Assembly: GCF_036321535.1 (NCBI RefSeq)
Contig: NC_087437.1
Span: forward strand, 114,082,001 to 114,146,000
Reading direction: 5' to 3'
Length of the DNA: 64,000 bases
From: Camelus dromedarius
Taxonomy: Eukaryota
Every line of letters begins with the position of its first letter. The stretch's first letter is position 1. A model generated the notes under the pieces. It searched no databases. It was not told the origin of the DNA and saw only the letters and a list, made by a program, of their open reading frames with translations. The translations under genes and the position numbers were made by a program. This document shows positions 12,491 through 25,530 of this stretch, in pieces.

Positions 12491-13311
12491 CATCATTAAA
12501 AAGTCCACGAACGATAAATGCTGGAGAGGGTGTGGAGAAAAGGAAACCCTCCTACACTGTTGGTGGGAATGTAAATTAGTGCAGGCACTATGAAGGACAT
12601 TATGAAGTTTCCTTAAAAAATTAAAAATAGACTTACCCTATGATCCAGGAATCCTACTCCTGAGCGTATATCCCAAGGAAACTCTAATTTGAAAAGATAC
12701 ACGCACCCAATGTTCATAGCAGCACTGTTTACAATCACCAAGACATGAAAGCACCCTAAATGTCCTTCCATCAACAGATGACTGTATAAAGAAGCTGTGG
12801 TGTGTGTATATGTGTGTGTATATATATATATACATATATATATGTATATGTGTGTATATATATGATGGAATAGTACTCAGCCATAAGAAAGAATGAAATA
12901 ATGCCATTTGCAGCAACATGGATGGATCTAGAGATCATACTAAGTGAAGCAAGCCAGAAAGAGAAAGACAAACACCCCATGATATCACTTACATGTGAAA
13001 CCTAAAAAAAATGACACAAATGAACTTATTTCCAAAATAGAAACAGATTCACAAACATAGAAAACAAATTTACAGTTAAGGGGTGGTGGAGGGATAAATT
13101 GGGAATTCAAGATTTGCAGGTACTACTATATATAAAATAGATAAACAACAAGGTCTTCCTGTGTAGCACAGGGAACTATATTCAATCCCTTGTAATAGCC
13201 TATAGTGAAAAATAATATGAAAAGGAATATATATATGTATAATTGGATCACTATGCTATACACCAGAAATTGACACAACATTGTAAATTGACTATACTTC
13301 AATAAAACAAA
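12491..13311 (+). mobile_element. 5'-truncated lineage-specific L1 (ORF2 C-terminus + 3'UTR)
   Basis: Begins aaatgctggagagggtgtggagaaaaggaaaccctcctacactgttggtgggaatgtaaatt. Exact TSD aatgaacagccta at 12478-12490 and 13312-13324. Confidence 0.93.
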
Positions 13312-14404
13312 AATGAACAGCCTATCCCACAAAATGAAAGATGATGATCAGTCGTCCGACTAGTCTATTAAGATGGATGGGTTCGATGTCCCGGAAGTAA
13401 AGTCTTGTTGTATTCATGTGCACTGAGCATGACTTGTTGGCACACTGCCGTCGCTTGCCACCGAGAGTAAACTGTGATGATGGAGAGCTTTTAAATCTGA
13501 GCCACTGTGATGTTTTTTCATTTCTTGGGGATATCGTGTGTGTCTACACTATGAATTTTATGATAAATAACAAGTAAATGTTGGGCTGCAAAACAGTCAA
13601 ACAACCTTGTAGAAAAGTTTTTGTGCATGTATATACACATGTAGCTTCGTAGTTTCATGAATGTTAGTACAAAGTAAAGAAAAGCCAACTATGCTTAGTA
13701 GGTAAATATGGCACCGAAAGTTTCAGATAAAACAAGGCTTTGAAAATAAGCAGGAACTTAAATTTAGCTGAGACTTTGGGGCATGTTGCATTTTTATCAT
13801 GGTGCAGATTTTTCACGTCCTGTGCACTAAAGCTCACTGTCCGCTCGTGTACACACATGCAATTATTTTCTACTCTCTTAGAGTGAGCTCTTTGTATTTT
13901 GATCACCAAGTGTAGCATGTGAATGTCTTTGCAGACCAAAATAAAGGCTTAGCAATTTGAGAGTTGTTTTATTTTTACAACCTTGGCAAAGCCAGTGTCA
14001 TTGATTAAATGTCTGAATTCCAGGAGAGAAAGATAAACTTGGCAGATTCTGGCTTCCCAAGGATGCTGGACTGGCCCCAACCAAAGTAGAGATTCCAAGT
14101 GATGCATTTTATTTTAATGCATGCTAATAGATGTCCTGTGGCTTGTCACTGGGTCTCCAGGGCTGGGGGAGGCAATGTGTGTGGGGTGCTGGGGGAAGGG
14201 TAACTCTTACGTATGTGGATTGACTTTGGAGGGGGAGGAGGAGGGCAACTTAAAGACATGAGTCCTAGCAACTGTTTCATTTATTATTTTTTATAATGAC
14301 ATTCATTTTATTCAAAAAATATTATCCAGCTTCTATATAGCTTAAGTTGCCAGGGTGGTTTTATTTTTTATTTCTTAAACTAATTAATTTTTATTTTAAA
14401 AAAA

Positions 14405-14663
14405 TTTTAATTGAAGTATAGTCAGTTTACAATGTTGTGCTAATTTCTTGGGTACAATATAGCAACTCAGTTATACACAGTATACACATTCTTTTTCATA
14501 TTCTTTTAAATTATAGGCTATTATAAGATATTGAATATAGTTCCCTGTCCTATACAGTAGAAATTTGTTGTTCATCTGTGATATATAGTAGTGTGTATAT
14601 GTGAATCCCAAACTCCTAATTTATCCCTCCCTCCCTTTCCCCTTTCGGTAACCATAAATTTGT
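14405..14663 (-). mobile_element. L1 3'UTR fragment
   Basis: attgaagtatagtcagtttacaatgttgtg...aatatagttccctgt...ggtaaccataaatttgt; same family as 12491-13311. Confidence 0.85.
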
Positions 14664-16480
14664 CTGCTTCATTCATTGTTATCTCTCATAGCAACTCTTG
14701 CCCACTTCAGTGCTCGAGAACTATTGTCCTGGACTGCCTCGGAATCGCAACTCACTTGCTTCACTGGCTTTGTTTAAAAATAATGAACCCAAGTTTCCTT
14801 TTAGCCCCGGACGACTTTTCGATGCTTTTACTGTTTTGACATCAGTATGTGCAGCTGGATCCAAGAAGATACCAGTTCTCTATAGTTTCAACTGCAGTCC
14901 ACACTAGGTTTTGGTTAGTTTATTAACCCACGGAATCCCTTGGGGAGGGAAATACAGCGGGGAAGCACCTTGATTTCTTTTGTTTTTAACATTTCAGCAT
15001 TGCTATTCATGAAACCTGCTAAGCTTTTCAATCCCCTATCTTTTCTTGGCAGCAGAGGAAAATATGTTTGTAAGCATTTGTAAACAACAGGGAAAAAATA
15101 CCGTGCATACACACACGTGCACACACATGTGCACACACACCCATTTTTGTTCCTTGCCACTGTCTGCCTGTGTACAGAGGCTAAGAGTTAGTCTTGCTCT
15201 CTGACCTTATCACTCATCAGTGGTGAAATCCGTTTTTAAGCAAGAACACACAGCTGGGGAGTTAGGAGTTTTCCCTCGTTCTTTGAGTCTCGCTCACCCC
15301 TGCCCCCGTATCTTTCATACCAAGTGTTAGAGTGTCAGTTTTATGAGATGCTAAAACCGTCCCAGCACAAATTCTGCCCACATAGCTTTTTTCAGGAAGG
15401 CTCTTGCAAATGTTTAATAATGAAAGTGAAGTGGGCGACCCTTAGCTAGCAAAGACCTCATCTTGAGCATCACACCAGAGCTACCTTTCCATCCAGACCC
15501 AGTTCTCCATCATCACTGTGCCCAAGTGTGTCATTTAAACTGCCACTTCGCCAAAGACACAACCAGCAGAGAAAGAACTGTTTGCTCCAACCAACAAAGG
15601 GCCAAATTATTATATTTCTAGCAACAATCACTTTCCTCAAGAATCCATAATTTTTAGCTTATGGTAAATCTTTAATAATTTGGATTTCCCAGGAGGGAAA
15701 GTCAATATTAAATTAGAGATAATTACATAGCATTTTATATAAAGGTTGCATTATTATTGTTACAGAAGTGCATTCTTTATTTGGAGAAATGTTAGCCATC
15801 TGTATACCAATTTAGTTCCTAACAAATTTCCTTCCACAGGAAAGATGAGAACTTATAATGGCTGCATGATGTAATAGGTTTTTTTAAGAGGTGGGGAATT
15901 TGAGTAAGTTGAACATTTCCTGGAAATGCGCTTCATTCTGTTTTCTAAGCTTTGTTCCTTGACCAGATGATGCAAACTATGTATTGGTGGCTCAGGAAAT
16001 AATGATATTTTTATTATGAAGTTAAAAGTTGGCCAGAAAGAATTTTCCATTTATTTACCACTTTTTTTCTTTTCCAGTGTCCCCAAATTCTTAAAAATAA
16101 ATAAAATGACACTTTTATTACTAATGATGTTGCAGAATTGATACTTAAAACTTTTTAAACATAATCACATTTGGAAACAAAATGGATTCTCCAAGGAAAA
16201 TTTTAAACAGAGCCCCACACTCCCATCTCCTCCCCATTTGGCAACAGCTTGACAAATGACAGTTGATGTGTTGCCTTCCAGGTAAAAACCTAACTTGCAT
16301 GTTTGAGCTTGAATGAAATTAAATTCCATCATGTACATATACTAAGGGGTGGCCGGCTTTGATGACACAGATAGAGGGATCCAGGAAGGGAGTCTGAAAG
16401 CTCTTGAATGCTAGTTGAGCTGCTCAGAGTGTAGCTCTCCAACTGGAGGCAGACATCGAAGCTGAGAATCAAAACAAACA

Positions 16481-16630
16481 CACACAGGGAACTATATTCA
16501 ATATCTTATAACAACCTTTAATAAAAAAAGGATATGAAAATGAATGAATGAATATATACGCATGACTGAGACACTGTGCTATATACCAGAAACTGACACA
16601 TTGTAACTGTACTTCAATTAAAAAAAAAAT
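16481..16630 (+). mobile_element. Short L1 3' end
   Basis: cacagggaactatattcaatatcttataac...ccagaaactgacacattgtaactgtacttcaatt followed by poly-A. Confidence 0.85.
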
Positions 16631-16854
16631 ATGAAGGTTGTCATGGCAAACCAGGGCCATGGTATTGCACAACTCCAGCCACCTGCTGGTCTCTGCCATC
16701 CAAGTCCACATGAACCGTGCCCCTGGAGTGGTGCAGTGCACAGCCTGTGCAGCTGGATGGGCACCTCTGAGCCAGCTGGCTCCTCTTCTAAGTTAAGCAG
16801 TGAGACAGATTTCAACTCAATATAAGGAAAATGTTTTGAAAGAGTAAGCTGTCA

Positions 16855-17425
16855 CAGTATTTACCAATAGCCAAGACATGGAAACAACCTAAATGTTCAG
16901 CGACAGAATATTGGATAAATAAGTTGTAGTATATTTATACAATGGAATACTACTCAGCCATAAAAAAGAATAAACATGTCATTTGCAGCAACATGGATGA
17001 ACCTGGAAATCATCATTCTAAGTGCAGTAAGCCAGAAAGAGAAAGAAAAATACCATATGCTATCACTAATACATAGAATCTAAAAAAAAAAAAAAGACAC
17101 AAATGAATTTATTTCCAAAACAAAAATAGACTCACAGACATAGAAAACAAACTATGGTTACCAAAGGAGAAAGGGGATGGGAAGAGAAAAATTGAGATTG
17201 CAAGATTTGCAGATACTAACTATTATACATAAAATAGACAAACAACAAGTTCCCACTGTACAGCACAGGGAACTATATTCAGTATCTTGTAGTAACTTAT
17301 AATGAAAAAGAATATGAAAAGAAATATATGTATGTACATGTATGACTAAAACATTATACTGTACACCAGAAATTGACACAATGTTGTAAACTGACTGTAC
17401 TTCAATGTAAAAATAATAATAATAC
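16855..17425 (+). mobile_element. 5'-truncated L1 inserted in an L3/CR1-like relic
   Basis: L1 3' sequence with TSD agag(t/g)aagctgtca at 16841-16854 and 17426-17439. The flanks (cagatttcaactcaatataaggaaa...gctgtcaaagatgaaa) resemble the L3/CR1 3' end. Confidence 0.88.
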
Positions 17426-17915
17426 AGAGGAAGCTGTCAAAGATGAAACTGGTTGACTCGGGAAGCAGTGAGGGCTTATTATGAGATGGCAAACATAGCC
17501 TGTTTTGCCGTCTGCTGTGGACTTTCTGGGGAGATTTGAAACAACCTCCATAGCTGTTAAGGATTTTCCTACCCTGAGAGTCAGGAACCCATCGTTTAAA
17601 CACAAGTCTTCAAGCTTCTGAACTCAAACCAAAGTATGGAGACCTCGAACAGTAATGGAAATCAAAACAGCTATTTGAGAGGGCGCTCACTTAAATACAG
17701 GGGGTGAAGTTCATGACTCCTTTCTCAGCTGCTCCAAAAATAAATCATTGTCACAGATGCAATTTTCCTGTTTTTCCACACTGTGCTTGCCTCATACCCA
17801 AGTTCATCTTCACACTAATATTTCAGAAGGTACTGGTGACCAAGCCACATCTGCCCTTGTAGGGTCACTCAAGAGATCCCAGCCAAGACCTAACAGGAGG
17901 CAGGAATGGTCTGTG

Positions 17916-17917
<2 letters not shown>

Positions 17918-17954
<37 letters not shown>

Positions 17955-17961
17955 CGTGTGT
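17918..17961. repeat. (TG)n microsatellite
   Basis: Directly visible, slightly interrupted run. Confidence 0.95.
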
Positions 17962-18269
17962 ACAGGTGTCCAGAAATGGATGTATTTTCTTAAACCTGCT
18001 TTGCAAAGTCAAAAGGTACTCCTAACATCCACACGCGTTGCCTCTGGTATTGCACTCTGGAGAGTCTCCGCACCTCGCCAAGGAGCAAATGCAGAGTCAG
18101 GCAGTGAAGGAGGCACCTCTCTGATGCTCCCTCACCGAACTTCTCACTTTTTCCAGGAGTGAAGAACTGGAAATACTTGAGCCCAGGGTAATATTTCATC
18201 CGATACTAGACCCTAAGATCCTTTGATCTCAGCCAGGGAACTCAAAAAGCAGTGTGACCGTTTAGAAAG

Positions 18270-18720
18270 ATCATAGTTTTGAGACATAATTTGTCCCAAG
18301 TTCAAATCCAGGCTCTGCTACTTTGTAGCAGCAAAACTCTTGTTAAGTCCAGTCTTTCTTTGCATCTTCTAATACTAAACTCAAAAGGCATATGAAGTGG
18401 CATTCCTAAGTTCTCCATGTCACAAAATTTCCTATAATATTCTTTTGAGTTTCAATGAGTTTTGCTCTCTGGAAGAACAAAGGATGCTGGGGTCTGTAGA
18501 ATGTGGGGTCCAGCAGCCCTGCCCAAGGGGCACTGGGATGGGCGCAATGAGGCTGCAGGGGAATCCTGCCTCCTTCCCGGGAACAAGGCTTTGGAAAGTG
18601 ATATTCTTTATCTAGAGACTGGAGATAGGACCTGCCTCAGCATGGCATTGTCGTGAGAGTTAGTGAGTTAAACTGTCTTCAGAGTCTGGCACCCCGGAAG
18701 CACACTGACACAGGTGTCTT
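18270..18720 (+). mobile_element. MIR split into a 5' half (~18270-18366) and a 3' half (~18605-18720)
   Basis: 5' half: agttcaaatccaggctctgctactttgtagc. 3' half: ttctttatctagagactggagataggacctgcctcagcatggcattgtcgtgagagttagtgagttaa...tctggcac. Confidence 0.55.
18367..18604 (+). repeat. Diverged local direct duplication, copy A
   Basis: Colinear with 19273-19516. Shared blocks include ggcattcct, tccatgtcacaa, taatattctttt, gaagaacaaaggatgctgggg, agaatgtgg, gtccagcag, aggggcactgggatg, gaatcctgcctccttcc. Confidence 0.92.
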
Positions 18721-19272
18721 TATTTCAAACGGTTACCCAGCCCTCCCTCTGGATGTCAGAGCAAATGTGGACAGACAGGCACACATCCTAGGAGGGGTAC
18801 GTGCCTCCTTGACAAACTCAGTTGCCCATCAGTGGCCACTCTCAGACTGGCAGAAGTCTGACAGCATTCCCAGAACTTGTCCTTGAACTAACCTCCCTCA
18901 AGCTTTTCCATGTTCAGTTCGCCTCTTTTGGATGAAGCAGTCAAGTCAATTCTATTAATAATTAAAATATCTGCACTTTCTTCTCAGCATCAAGCTGTGG
19001 GATTCATCTGAGACACTGTCCTCATGCAAACTTAGGAAATGAAGCAATTTCCTAGGTAATTCAAGTGCAGACTGAATGGAAACCTCAAAGTACCTCTGCT
19101 GTCAATTACCTGCTAATTTCAGCAAAAGCAACACTTTAGTATGAATCACATAAATAAAGTATAGCTCCTGCTTCACTTTTCATGTATACAGAGACTCACA
19201 GCACCTTAGGCCACCTCAATAAAGTAGGACATGCAAAAGGGGGGAAAGGCATAGCCCCAGAGAAGCATTTCA

Positions 19273-19516
19273 TTCTCAGTACAAAATTCAAAAGCCAAAC
19301 GAAGCGGCATTCCTGAGCATTCCATGTCACAAGATTTCCCGTTAATATTCTTTTCAGTTCCAATGAGCTACATTCTCCAGAAGAACAAAGGATGCTGGGG
19401 GTCTGCAGAATGTGGCGTCCAGCAGTCCTGCCCGAGGGGCACTGGGATGCTGCCCACAATGGGGCTGCCAGGCGAATCCTGCCTCCTTCCGGGAAACACA
19501 GCTTTGGGGAATGATG
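19273..19516 (+). repeat. Diverged local direct duplication, copy B (probable donor)
   Basis: See copy A; offset about 910 bp. Confidence 0.92.
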
Positions 19517-19819
19517 TCGTAATGCTGTAAATATCAACCAGCCCATGTGACCACCTCCCTCCCGGACAATTCTGCCCCTCTCTCAGCATCCCAGCCTATG
19601 GAGAGCAGAAGAGTCAGTCAGAAGTGGAGGGAGGGTATCTGACAATGGGAAAGGCAAGGAGGAGAAAACCCACACCCCATCTGATTTTACGATTGCATGT
19701 GGCAAAAAAAAAAAAAAAAAAGGAAAGAAAGAAAGGAAAAGAAACCCTGAGAATGCTCTGGCATGCATAGTAGCTTCCATTCATTTTCCAGGGCAGGAAA
19801 AATGTAGGTCCCTATGGCT

Positions 19820-20150
19820 CACGGAAGTGCTGGCTCTGAGTTGAACCCTGGGGAAATTTTCCGCAAGTGCCCCAGCACACGCTGTATCTTCGACTAGGTA
19901 AGCCCAGTGGTGGTCCATTCACCTCCCCCAGGAGAGGGGTGGAGAGCGGATAATCGTGACGTCTCCACTTCCCCCCGAACGAGATGTGTGGCCACGGGAA
20001 CCCTGCACGATCTACCCGAGTCTCAGTTTTCACTTTCGCAAAGCTCGGCTGATAAAACTGCTTCAGGGGCACAGCTGCTGACTGACGACGTGAGTGGGCT
20101 TGGCCTCCGGGGGATGAAATACAAAAGCCCGTCTTCATCAGGGGAGTTTC
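19820..20150. promoter_or_regulatory. Candidate inducible enhancer/promoter (motif cluster, locally CpG-retaining)
   Basis: ETS cggaagtg 19822-19829; kB-like ggggaaattttcc 19850-19862; CRE-like tgacgtct 19957-19964; IRF element agttttcactttc 20025-20037 (GAAAGTGAAAACT on minus). Motif evidence only. Confidence 0.4.
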
Positions 20151-21199
20151 TTTTCTAAGATCGACTTTACCCTGTAATTGTCTTTGCTGTTGTTACCCCT
20201 GCCCACCCATCCCACTCCAATCTGCAAATAATAGGCTTGCCTTTTTCTAAAAGACTCAAGATAGAAACCTTAATACATACAGGAAAAGTGTAAAAATGAA
20301 AACAAAAACCTATACTCTCACAATCCAAAGAAACAAGCAGTAAAATTTTCTTACACACACTTCCGGTCTTTTTAAAAAATCTTTTAAAAAAACAAGCTCA
20401 TATGGTTTACATAACTCTTAAGTTCTTTTCTTTGCAAATCATGTTGTTACGACAGTTTTCTTCTGTCACTGGAAACTTCTTTGATTTGTAACAATATCTG
20501 TGATTTGTGTTGTACGCGTGTGATTACAAAAAGAGCCCGTACAGTTTGGAATTGAGCCAATAATCTCTTTCTTGTTTTATGACAAGAAAAGGAGCACCTG
20601 AATGGACACAAACCAGCCAGGAAGGGGCAATTCCCGGGATGGGAACAATTATAAAATTGGATTTGTGAAAACCTTTCTCAATGAGGCCCCTGGCAAGCTG
20701 TTAAGGGTTACATTAACGCCAGCTCGCAGAGGGGCAGCGCCTGATTCTCTCTCCTGTCTGCGCCCTGGGATGGTGCATGAATCTGGACTCGTGAGTCACT
20801 GAGCCAGCACTACAAAAAAAGCATTCTGGAGGAGCCACGCAGCCCACCCGGAAGCTGGAACGCCTGGGGTGCCGCTAACACGCAGAATGCGCTCCTGCAT
20901 TCACAGCAGATGCGTTTTAGTGAAAGGTATAATTAAGTTTAAGAAACAAAGGAAAGGAAAGGAAAGAACATGCTCTGAAAGAGGCTAGAAGTCTTCGGAA
21001 TAAATAGAGGCTTTATAAACAGCCAGTGGGAGAAGATGCTCAGAATTTAGAAAATAATCATCACCTATAATCAAATTATTTAAAGATAACTACCGGGGGC
21101 AAAAAAGGATGTATTTTTCACTGTAGTTTTCTACACACACTTAAATAAAATTTGAATTAGAAACACGCACTTTAACAAAATTTAAATCATAGAGCTTCT

Positions 21200-22030
21200 A
21201 TAATTTTATATCCTGTTTTTGATTTGGCTACAGCATAAGTATTTTCACATGTGATTAAAAATTTCTTGCAAACTTCATGGCAATGACTACAAAATTTTCC
21301 ATCGATCACGGGCATGCACCAAAATTCATGGCATCGCGTTCATGGCTGTTGGACATCTCTCCAAATGTTGCACAATTAAAACTATCTCAGCAATGATATG
21401 TGTGCTGAAAACTTGGTTTGAGCTTCTTGTTACTTCCAAGGGGTAGATACCCGCTCAGGGATTCTGGGTGAAGCATGTGAACTTTGTTTTAAGGCTTTTG
21501 CTATGAACATGATGAAACTTTCAGAAAGATCATTCCACAGCGACTGAGTGTCTGCACGTGATCACACCCTTGGCTAATACTGGCGTAACCATGACTGATC
21601 TTTGCTAATTTGATGTACAGAATGTCATTATGATTTTAGTTTGCATTTTTTTGATGTGATTTCCTTGATTTTGATTTATGAGTGCTCGGTTATTTCCATT
21701 TGTATTTCTTTTGTGAATTGTCTTCATAGCTTTGCCCAGTTTTGCTGTTGGGGTTTTTCGTGTCCTTCTAACTGAATGTTACAAGTTCTTTAAATAGAAT
21801 GATTTCTAATCATGACTTACTTTGTCTGTGACATTCAATACAAATAATTTTTCTACTCTGTCTGCCTAACAATGTTGTTTAGAGTATCTGTGACACTAAT
21901 GTTTTTGATTTTTATTGTTATCTATTTTTTGTAATTTAAAAAATTAATTTATGCTTAGAAATGTCTTTCCTAATCTGTTTGCCAGATATTCACTTCTGTT
22001 TTCTTATGCCATTTTTGAAATGGTTTTATA
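21200..22030 (-). mobile_element. Highly degraded old L1 (L1M-type)
   Basis: T-rich antisense ORF2-end/3'UTR motifs: gctgttggacat, ttttagtttgcattttt, catttgtatttcttttgtgaattgtc, tttgcccagtttt. Confidence 0.55.
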
Positions 22031-22456
22031 GAGGGTTTTGAGAAATACAGAATTCAGGAATTGCTGGAATTTCAAAACCAGGATTTAGAAAAGTTGGTTG
22101 ACCACCTGCCATGGAAGGAGTGTTTGCGGATTGTGGCTGTTGCTGATCGAACTTTAGAAGCATGGAATTGTCACTGATCTGCAGAAGCAGATAAACTCAT
22201 GCAGTATCATCAAAGATTGGTTGGAGGCTTTAAAACTGGTTCCACTGATTGCATCATCCCCAGACCAGAAAACCATCTTCTCCCCACTTGAATTTGGAAT
22301 ATACACAATATTTCTTCTCAGTGTCTATCCATCTCCTTCTCTTCCACATCTGTCTCCCTTCCCCTTCTCTCTCTCACATCTTTATTCATCTCTCTTTTGT
22401 ATTGATTTATGTGTTGTCTTTCATATTTACCCAACTTTTTAACTTCCTTCTTCATC

Positions 22457-22549
22457 TTTTTTTTTTTTAATGGAGGTTCTGGGGATTGAACCCAGGACCT
22501 CGAGCATGCTAAGCACACACCATACCACTGAGCTATACCCCCACCTCCC
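22457..22549 (-). mobile_element. tRNA-derived SINE (camelid Vic-1 type)
   Basis: Poly-T followed by aatggaggttctggggattgaacccaggacctcgagcatgctaagcacacaccataccactgagctataccccc, the reverse complement of the 4981 element. Confidence 0.9.
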
Positions 22550-23027
22550 TCTATCCATCTTTTGATCAATGGACTTATCTACCTACTTACTATCTTCCAT
22601 TGATATCTGGCTTTTCAGAACCCATGAATCAATCTTCTATATCTGTCTATCCATACATTTACATCTGTTCTTTTCTTTCATCTCTTTAGATTTCCCCAAT
22701 AGTCTAAGAAGTGTCTTGAGTGTTAAATTATCAATTCAGGTTCCTACAGAGTTGACGCTGTGTCTTACTATTCCTACTGTGGGTTTTCATCAACCTTTTG
22801 CAATTTCTAGCTTTCTTGCAAATCTTGTTGATTTTCTCCTTTCAGTTCTGCCGCATCTCAGTCCCACATCCCTTTTCATCTCAGGGTCATGTTCTCACCT
22901 CACTTTTCAGTTTTATGGCGTGAAATTCATAGTGTCTTGCATTATATTCAGAACACAAAACAGATGCTTTCTAAAGTCTTCCCTTTCTGAAGTTAAAATG
23001 TTTTATTTCAATATGTATTAAATATTG

Positions 23028-23412
23028 TGCTATGCATTGGACTGTGTCCTCCTCAGATCCATGTGCTATAGTGCTAACTCCCAATACCTTAGAGCGTGGC
23101 CTTATTTGGAAATAAAGTCATTGCAGATGTACTTAGGGAAGGTGAAGTCACACTAGAGCAGGGTGGGCTTCTTATCCGGTGTGACTGGTGTTGTTATAAA
23201 AAGAGGTAATTTGGACACAGACACAAGGAGAGCTCCATGTGAAGGTTGGAGTTATGCTGCCACAAGCCAGGGAGCTTCTAGAAGCTAGGAGAAAGGCCTG
23301 GAGCCTTCCTTCCCTAGGATCTCCAGGGGAAGCATGGCCCTGTAGATGCCTTGATCTTGGATTTCCAGCCTCCAGAACTGCAAGGCTGTGCATCTCTGTT
23401 TGAGCCACTCAG
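23028..23412 (+). mobile_element. MLT1B/C-like MaLR LTR
   Basis: ccttatttggaaataaagtcattgcagatgta...gtgaaggttggagttatgctgccacaagcc...ttgatcttggatttccagcctccagaactg. Confidence 0.8.
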
Positions 23413-25274
23413 CCCCAGCAAGCGCATATACTCCGTATCATCTTTCATGTTTCAGAATTTCTTTAAATACCTGGTGCTTTATTTTGTTCGTACTCACTAC
23501 TGACCCTCGCAGTTCTGCCGGGGAGGTGGTGGTGGTGTCAGTAGATCAGACTGGCTTGTGTTGTGGTTGTCTCTGTTCTTATTGTCCCCCTGGCTGTGAG
23601 CTAGCTGTCCCTCTTCCCTGAGCTATAGACAAAGGATGGGGTGATGTTCAAGTCCCCCAGCCCACAGATTCATGCCCAGCAGCCCCTCAACCTCTCTGGT
23701 TCGGCTTTATTGAGAATGTTCTTTACCTCCTCGGGGCTTGATCATCTATAAACGCTGATACTCCTAAAGATTTCAGTTTGACTTATTCCCTTTATAACAC
23801 AATACATGGAAATCTGAACCTTTATAATAGGCAGCTTCTGAGATGTTTTCTGTCCCTGGCCCTTTCTAGTCCCAATCACACACCTCAAGATGCTACACAC
23901 ACACCGCTTTCCACACCTGCTCCAAGACTTGTTACGTTACCAGGGACTGCAGTCTCAGAATATTTAACATTTAGAGATGATCAGAAGGGCGTGTCTCTCT
24001 GGGAGAAACATAACTGTCCAAGACATTCCAGAAAGCAATTCCCTCCTGGGATGAACTGGCTTCTCCATTTCTATCTCAGGAAGGTCCTGGGACCCCAAAG
24101 GAGGTGTCATCCATGACCATGGAAGAGGCTCTCACCTTCATGACCTGATGTTCTTTGCAGGTGTCAAGGTGGAAATTCCTCCATAGGCGTGGCAAACAGA
24201 CACACACAGTCATAGTTTTCAGTCTTGTTGAAATCTTTTTTGCACATTGTTTCGTGTGTTAATACATATTTTAATGCACCAGGAGAAAGACATACAAAGC
24301 ATTGCCATCAATCTCAGAAGGAAAGGTCATTTGTAAAAGCTGAGTATTGCATTATAGAGATGTCCCCTGTGATTTTTATTTACTTCCCTATGGCTAGACT
24401 TTTCGTTTCTTTACATATATTTTCTACAAAGAACGTTCTTATAGATAAACCCTTGCCCACACTGTAGATTGCGTCCTGAAACAGATTTCTAAATTTCTAG
24501 TCAGTGAGACAAAGAAATGAACACTTTAGGATGCTTAGAACATACTGTCAAACCACTTCTGAGAAATGCTTCACAATTAAAGTTCTTACCAATAGTTTTT
24601 CAGAGTGCAAACTATGCTTAATTTCTGATAATGCTATCGAAAAAAATTTTTTCTCATAAGATAGAGTTGAAAAGCAAGTGTTGACACTCACATTTAGAGA
24701 GATAAAGGTAGAGGAATGGGCAGAAGAGTGAACTTGGCAGACTTCGCGCCTTCTGGAAGCTTACATTCCAGTGGGGGAGCCGTGTGGGTGCCGCAGAAGA
24801 TAAAGGCTGATGTCCTGAGTTGGCTGGGGAGGACCCTTCAGGGATGTTAGCATCTGAGCTGAGGCTGGGGCCAAGGGAGGGGGGAGGTCTTCAGTCTTAT
24901 CCAAAGGAAGAGCTTCTTAAGCAGAAGAGGGTATCCCAAAGCCTGAGGCCAACACAAGTTGGTCTCGAGATACACAAAAGAATGCCCATGAGGCCTGAGG
25001 GCAGAGGTCACAGAGGCTCTTGGAGAACTTAGCTTTTCATTACAATTACCCACTTTTGGAAACCATTAAGCAGAGTAACATGGCCTAGTGGATTTTTCAT
25101 GCCTTTAGCTGGCATGTGATCTGAAGGGAGATTACATTTATAGAAATGACTCCACTTGCTAAGGAGAAAACAGACAGTGCAGACCAAGAACGGAGGCAGG
25201 GAGGTCTATCGGGAGGTTGTTGGATGATTCAGGGAAGCATAAAGGACTACAGCTGAGCAGTTAAAGTGGGGAGA

Positions 25275-25443
25275 AAACCCACTAAATGTGAAATGCAAAT
25301 CAACAACAATGAACACTTTCTTAGCATAAGTATATCCCATGTACTATTTGGGATCGACTTATGTTTAAAAAATTTTGTTGTTTATCTGAAATTAAAATAC
25401 AACCAGATGTCCTGTGTTTTTATTTGCCATATCTGACACCCCA
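25275..25443. mobile_element. MER53-like palindromic hAT MITE
   Basis: tagcataagtatatcccatgtactatttgggatcgacttatg...gttgtttatctgaaatt...gtcctgtgtttttatttgccatatctgacaccc, with internal dyad symmetry. Confidence 0.7.
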
Positions 25444-25530
25444 ACATGGGACATTTTACTAATTTTGTTGGAGGAGGATTTGGTTAAGGAGACTGAGATG
25501 GAGCAATGGTACAATAGGAAGAAAACTAGG

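Noticed and set aside
13475..13500. GTGATGA...CTGA C/D-box-like pair
   Set aside because: Only ~26 nt in total, far too short for a C/D snoRNA.
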